A stretch of 64,000 bases of DNA from assembly GCA_963727805.1 (NCBI GenBank), contig CAVSHF010000003.1:1504001-1568000 (forward strand), in the 5' to 3' direction. The translations under genes were made by a program, and so were the position numbers. Source of the stretch: an uncultured Nitrospiraceae bacterium (GTDB lineage Bacteria; Nitrospirota; Thermodesulfovibrionia; Thermodesulfovibrionales; Dissulfurispiraceae). Below are positions 59,127 to 64,000 of this stretch, one piece after another. Below the pieces are notes generated by a model. The model did not search any database and had not been told where the DNA came from. It saw only the letters and a program-made list of their open reading frames with translations. Positions within the stretch are counted from its first letter, which is position 1. Each line of letters begins with the position of its first letter.

Positions 59127-60770
59127 TCACAATCCCGCGAATCCCCGCACGGCAAGCAGTAATAAAGCTGCAAGGGTTGTTACAGCAAGGGCAGCAAACT
59201 TTTCACGCAGTTCTTTGATCAGTACTTCGTAGCTGAAGAAGAAAATGATAATTTCTACTGCCAGCAGTCCCAGGTTATAACTCTGTGACGACCACCCTGT
59301 CAGATTCGGAACGATAAGGGCAATGAAGATTATCAGGAAATCCATGGTCGTCATCCTAAACCCCTTCTTTCTTCTGGAGAACTTTAACGTAAGAATTACA
59401 AACAACGTGGCTATCCCGAAGCATAGATGATAAGGTAATAACATCTTATCGCTTATCCAGTCTGCTCGCCCCTCTCCTGTGAGATACAGAATAAAAGGAA
59501 TCGTGATGTAGAGAGCCAGCCTAAGGCAACCCCCAAGATATTCTTTTCTGAATATGAGCGCACCTAAGATAAGCAGACTGAAGCATACATTCATGATGGA
59601 AACATATGTGGGGATACTTGTAGGAAGAAGACATGAGGATATGAATAACAGTGGAATGATTATTTGCAACGCCCCAAAGGAAACCCTGATTGTCAAATTA
59701 GTTTCCCTGATTATCCTCAATCTACCTTTGACGGCATGTTCGATCACGGGGTAGCGATGGTATCGAAGTTCCTTGCGCTCCGCAACGGCAAACACACTGA
59801 TTGTGAACACCGAAAACCCGATATACCCGGCTATCAGAAGCCAATCTGCCTGGTACTTGAAGAAAATAGCTGACAGGACCATCACGGACTGTATGACATA
59901 TATGATGACAACAGCTTCGGCGTGAGACAACCCGAAGCCGATAAGCCGATGATGAAAGTGGTTCTTATCCGGCGAAAACGGAGACCTCCCCCGGCTGATC
60001 CTATGGACCATAACGTTCAAGGTATCAAGAATGGGAAACCCAAGGATAATCAAAGGCAAAATGGGACTGAGCGGTATATTTCCCTGGGTGGTTTTAACAG
60101 CCAATACAACAGCCGAAAACCCAAGGAGCTGACTTCCTGTATCTCCCATGAAGAGACTGGCGGGATGGGTGTTAAACCTCAGAAATCCGAATATCGCCCC
60201 GGCTATGGCCATGGTTATGAGAATAATAGCGCTGCTGCCGTCAAGATAGGCAAGATACCCGATACAGCAGAAACTTAAAAGGGAAATGCCTCCGGCAAGG
60301 CCATCCAGACCATCGGCGAGATTGATTGCGTTTGTGACGCCGACGATTGCTACGAGAGTGAGAGAGACTGAGAGCCACTCGGCCAGATGTATCTCATCGG
60401 GCACCAAACTCCCAAGGGAACTGATTCTGACACCGCCGTAGAATATGATAAACAGGGCAGCGAGAATTTGCCCGGTGAATTTTGCCTTGTATCCAAGGCC
60501 CTTCATATCATCGACAAAACCGAATAAAACCAATATACCCGTCCCAAGCAGATAAGCCTTCACGAACTCATCCGCGCCACCCCAAAGAATGACCGGAATA
60601 AAAATAGCAAGCGCCATCGCCAACCCACCTATCCTGGGCACAGGGCGAATATGGACCTTCCTCGGGTTTGGGAAATCCACCATTTGATAGCGATCAGCCA
60701 GTTTAATCATGATAGGAATGAGGCTGACCGTAATGAATATAGATATCAGAAGTGTTGAAAAATAAACCAT
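59127..60770 (-). CDS. WecA/MraY-family glycosyl-phosphotransferase with C-terminal TM extension
   Basis: RKVH..PVPRIGG, NAINLADGLDGLA, FMGDTGS and DKNHFHH. Confidence 0.9.
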   Translation of the reverse strand: MVYFSTLLISIFITVSLIPIMIKLADRYQMVDFPNPRKVHIRPVPRIGGLAMALAIFIPVILWGGADEFVKAYLLGTGILVLFGFVDDMKGLGYKAKFTGQILAALFIIFYGGVRISSLGSLVPDEIHLAEWLSVSLTLVAIVGVTNAINLADGLDGLAGGISLLSFCCIGYLAYLDGSSAIILITMAIAGAIFGFLRFNTHPASLFMGDTGSQLLGFSAVVLAVKTTQGNIPLSPILPLIILGFPILDTLNVMVHRISRGRSPFSPDKNHFHHRLIGFGLSHAEAVVIIYVIQSVMVLSAIFFKYQADWLLIAGYIGFSVFTISVFAVAERKELRYHRYPVIEHAVKGRLRIIRETNLTIRVSFGALQIIIPLLFISSCLLPTSIPTYVSIMNVCFSLLILGALIFRKEYLGGCLRLALYITIPFILYLTGEGRADWISDKMLLPYHLCFGIATLFVILTLKFSRRKKGFRMTTMDFLIIFIALIVPNLTGWSSQSYNLGLLAVEIIIFFFSYEVLIKELREKFAALAVTTLAALLLLAVRGFAGL

Positions 60771-60784
60771 ATCCGCGTCGGCCC

Positions 60785-62674
60785 CTAATTAAACCACACG
60801 GAATGCCATAAAGCTAGATTCATCAGGTTCCACATCTTGAAGCTGTTGAACCGTTTGTGGTTGCAGTGCTTTTTGAATATCTTCTCGATATAATCCGCAT
60901 TGAAAAGCTCTTCTATTAATCCACTGTCAAAAATGACCTCTCTCGCAAATTTGACTATCCTTGGAGTGACCATATTAGTTGCTGAACCGCAGAATCCCCA
61001 TTTGTTCCGGTATATAATTTCATCGGGTAGAATACCCTCAGCTGCTTTCTTAAGGACATATTTTGATATACCGTTTCTGCACTTCAGCGACGAAGGAATA
61101 GTGAGGGCATACTCCACAAGGTCGCGGTCCAGGAATGGAACGCGAGTCTCTATTGCATTGGCCATGCTCATCTTGTCAACCCTCATAAGCAGCAGTTCGG
61201 AAAGACGGTTCTTAAGCTCGACCTGTATGATCAAGGCAAGATGATCGGATGCACCGAGACCTTCCTTCAGCTGCTTTATAAATGCACTGGACGATGCCCC
61301 GCTATATCCGGATTTGAGAAGGTGCCTCTTTTCCTCGTCCCAAAAGGCGATGGCATTGCCAGTGAACAGAGGCTCGCCGTACTTGGCGCGGCGAAGCATG
61401 TCCGCTGCATAGGGAGGCAGCCAATCATGGGTCGTCCAGTAGAGCAAGGACTTTAACGCTGCTGGGGTTTTTAGGAAATGTTTATAGAAATATCTGTTCG
61501 CCTTGTCAAAACGATGATACATTCCATATCCAGCGAATATTTCATCACTGCCCTCCCCGATCTGGATTACCGGCGTCCCTGAATCACGGGCGAGCTTTGA
61601 TACGTAATAAAGCGGAACACATACGGGATCGGCAAGTGGCTCATCCTGATAATACGGCATTTTTGGCAGGAAAGAGATAAAGTCGAGATCATTGATAAAG
61701 AGTTCATGATGATTGGCGTTGAAATGCTGGGCAGTCCTGTGTGCAGAAACAAATTCATTCGAGGGATCTCCTTCAATCCCGACCGTAAATGTCTGGACCG
61801 GTTTGTCCATCATCTCTGTCATCAAGGCAACATTGAGCGAAGAATCCACCCCGCCACTCAGGAATACCCCGAAGGGAACATCAGAGACCATGCGGCGCGC
61901 AACGGACTGCCTGAGAAGCCTCCTGATCTCTTGTACACAGTCACTCTCAGTCGGATTAGAATCACCCGGCCTGAACTGCTTGGAGTCCCAATAACGCACC
62001 GTTCTGGAATTCCCGTTTTGATCGAATGTCCGATATGTTCCGGCCTCCAGTTTCTTTACGCCCTTGAAGAGCGTCCCCGGTGCAGGACTGTTTGCAAAGG
62101 TCAGGTAATGAAAGAGGGACTGTTGCTCGATCTGTTTGTCGAACCCGGGGAGGGCAAGAATGGCCTTGATTTCAGAGGCGAAGGCGACTACGCCACTCTC
62201 ATCGCAGTAATAAAGGGGCTTGATACCGAGAGAATCGCGCACCAGAGTTAGTGAATGATCCTGCCTGTCATACAGAGCAAAGGCAAACATGCCCCTGAAC
62301 CTATGCAGTGCGCCTTCCAGACCCCATTCGCGGACTGCGTAAAGAATAACCTCAGTATCGGTCTTTGATCGGAATGAATATCTTCCTATCTTCTCCAGTT
62401 CATCGCGAATAGCTTCGAAGTTGAAGATTTCGCCGTTGAACGTCACCCATAGCCGGCCATCTGCCGTACTCATGGGTTGGCGCCCACGAGGAGAGAGATC
62501 AATTATCGAGAGCCTGCGATGGCCGAGACCGACATAGAATCCGCCTTCGTAGTCGACATAAATACCGGCATCGTCAGGCCCCCGGTGCCGCATGGTATCG
62601 CGCATCCCAACTAGGTCAGCCTCAGAAATCGAATAACCCGTTCGTTGGGAGAAGACCCCTACAATTCCACACAT
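60785..62674 (-). CDS. asnB: Asparagine synthase-like amidotransferase (EPS locus)
   Basis: MCGI, HRGPD, HRRLSIID, NGEIFN, LSGGVDSS and ETRVPFLD. Confidence 0.9.
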   Translation of the reverse strand: MCGIVGVFSQRTGYSISEADLVGMRDTMRHRGPDDAGIYVDYEGGFYVGLGHRRLSIIDLSPRGRQPMSTADGRLWVTFNGEIFNFEAIRDELEKIGRYSFRSKTDTEVILYAVREWGLEGALHRFRGMFAFALYDRQDHSLTLVRDSLGIKPLYYCDESGVVAFASEIKAILALPGFDKQIEQQSLFHYLTFANSPAPGTLFKGVKKLEAGTYRTFDQNGNSRTVRYWDSKQFRPGDSNPTESDCVQEIRRLLRQSVARRMVSDVPFGVFLSGGVDSSLNVALMTEMMDKPVQTFTVGIEGDPSNEFVSAHRTAQHFNANHHELFINDLDFISFLPKMPYYQDEPLADPVCVPLYYVSKLARDSGTPVIQIGEGSDEIFAGYGMYHRFDKANRYFYKHFLKTPAALKSLLYWTTHDWLPPYAADMLRRAKYGEPLFTGNAIAFWDEEKRHLLKSGYSGASSSAFIKQLKEGLGASDHLALIIQVELKNRLSELLLMRVDKMSMANAIETRVPFLDRDLVEYALTIPSSLKCRNGISKYVLKKAAEGILPDEIIYRNKWGFCGSATNMVTPRIVKFAREVIFDSGLIEELFNADYIEKIFKKHCNHKRFNSFKMWNLMNLALWHSVWFN

Positions 62675-62873
62675 ATGTCTTCAGATCCTCCCTTGAACAT
62701 CAAAATAATATCAAATTTATGGTCCATCATATCACCTATTTCGCTTAATAGATTTCTCCGGACATAAAATCGATGACCGAGACGCATCAATGACAGTGCA
62801 AACCCCTTCTCCAGTGCAAGGTCAGAGATAAAAAGGAACAGAAAGACAAACAGCAATTAAAATCGCAAATGCC

Positions 62874-63938
62874 TTATTTGTCGGTCTGCCGGATAATGTC
62901 CCTGAATTGGCTCCTGATCACCGACACATCATAGTGCTCTTGAGCTTGCTTATATGCATTTTCAGCAAGTCGCACACTTAGTTCCTTGTCTTTGAGCAAT
63001 CTGGTAATCTTCTCACTCAGATCGGCAGGATTTTTTATCGCGACGATGAGAGCGTTTTCTTCATCTCGCAGAACCTCTTTCATTCCCCCCACAAACGTGG
63101 CAATAATCGGCGTTCGAGTTGCCATGGCCTCCAGAATGACATTAGGAATTCCCTCCGAATGGCTCGGCAAAATTAGTATGCTGCACTCGTAAAGAACCCG
63201 CAGCTTCTCTTCATCGTCGATCCAGCCGTTGACGCTGATCGCATCGGACAAACCCTTCGTCTGGACATAATCCCTCATGCGGTTAATCTCCTTGGTCCCA
63301 AAAAGACTGAGATGTGCCGAACAGCCTTCCCCTCTCAGTCTTTCAATGGCATCAACCAGCTCAAAGACCCCTTTGGCGCGAATATACCAGCCGAGATACA
63401 GCAACTTTCCCTCTTTGCGCTGGATATTGTACCGATTCCTCATAGCCTGGAGATTTATGGCGTTGCGAAGCACATGCACCGGCTTATGTGGGAAGAGAGT
63501 GGCTATATATCTTCTCATCTCTTCAGTCAGCACAACAAACGAGTCGACCTGTCTGAGGACAAAGGTGGCATACTTCAGCTCGACACCTGAAAGGCCATTG
63601 TAAAAATCGCTAAATCCTGACGGATGTATGTGAAGAATGACCTTCTTGCCCAGAAATTTGGTCATGAGGAGAAAAATACTTTTCCGGTAAAAACTGGTGA
63701 AAGCCGAACTATGAATATATACCAGACTTGCGCCGTTGATACTCATAACAAATCGAAACAAGCCCTTAAACAGCATAACTATCTTGTGGCGTGAGGTATC
63801 GCTCGAACTCGCAACGTATTTCAGTACATAGTCATCGAAGAAATCGGCATCACGCCAAATGGACACGACCCTCGAAACACCACCCTTGCCGAACTGGTCC
63901 GGTCCGACCATGACTATCTCTGTTTTCCCTTTCTTCAA
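62874..63938 (-). CDS. Glycosyltransferase family 4
   Basis: GGVSR, KGVFEL and LPSHSEGIPNVILEAMA. Confidence 0.9.
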   Translation of the reverse strand: MKKGKTEIVMVGPDQFGKGGVSRVVSIWRDADFFDDYVLKYVASSSDTSRHKIVMLFKGLFRFVMSINGASLVYIHSSAFTSFYRKSIFLLMTKFLGKKVILHIHPSGFSDFYNGLSGVELKYATFVLRQVDSFVVLTEEMRRYIATLFPHKPVHVLRNAINLQAMRNRYNIQRKEGKLLYLGWYIRAKGVFELVDAIERLRGEGCSAHLSLFGTKEINRMRDYVQTKGLSDAISVNGWIDDEEKLRVLYECSILILPSHSEGIPNVILEAMATRTPIIATFVGGMKEVLRDEENALIVAIKNPADLSEKITRLLKDKELSVRLAENAYKQAQEHYDVSVIRSQFRDIIRQTDK

Positions 63939-64000
63939 AAGCTACCCTTAACCCTATAATACGATAGAGTCCCATTCTCGCCGGCAACTACAACACCTGC

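Noticed and set aside
62659..62856. 65-aa ORF between the GT4 and asnB genes
   Set aside because: TTG start, no clear SD and no motif.
1..64000. tRNA, rRNA, CRISPR arrays or prophage genes
   Set aside because: None recognised by eye; tRNAscan-SE or CRISPR finders would be decisive.

Overview
A 64-kb bacterial chromosome segment. Gene content and order suggest Nitrospirota (Thermodesulfovibrionia-like) or a deltaproteobacteria-like lineage; this is inferred, not verified. Positions 1-34.8 kb are mostly housekeeping: mlaFE, lpxL, Lon-like protease, xerD, truA, dksA-like, frr-pyrH-tsf-rpsB, GGDEF/HDOD, hcp, pit-DUF47-phoR-phoB-aroB-aroK, orphan atpZ/atpI, hemL and malQ. Positions 34.9-51.1 kb form an accessory region in which eight promoters share one geometry: 2-5 (G/T)T(A/C)A(C/T)-like half-sites at an exact 11-bp period, then about 10 bp, then a -10 box, which is the Pho-box layout. 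These promoters precede a GH1, an OlsB/OlsA-like pair, a PHP protein plus ceramide-type glucosyltransferase, a small Cys-rich protein, PIN-PhoH, and three PEP-CTERM/VPLPA-type surface-protein units. The most notable finding is a conserved, structured 5'-leader RNA in three diverged copies, with an antiterminator-like core overlapping an intrinsic terminator. One copy lies just downstream of the Pho-box-type promoter of each surface-protein unit. The region also contains a DsbC-like selenoprotein (UxxC plus SECIS-like hairpin), a 147-bp duplication of the phoH 3' end flanking a cassette, decayed DinJ-YafQ and IS256 remnants, and an intact AbrB/RelE-like toxin-antitoxin pair. Positions 52.5-64 kb hold the distal part of a PEP-CTERM/exosortase-type exopolysaccharide locus. 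No rRNA, tRNA or CRISPR array was seen.
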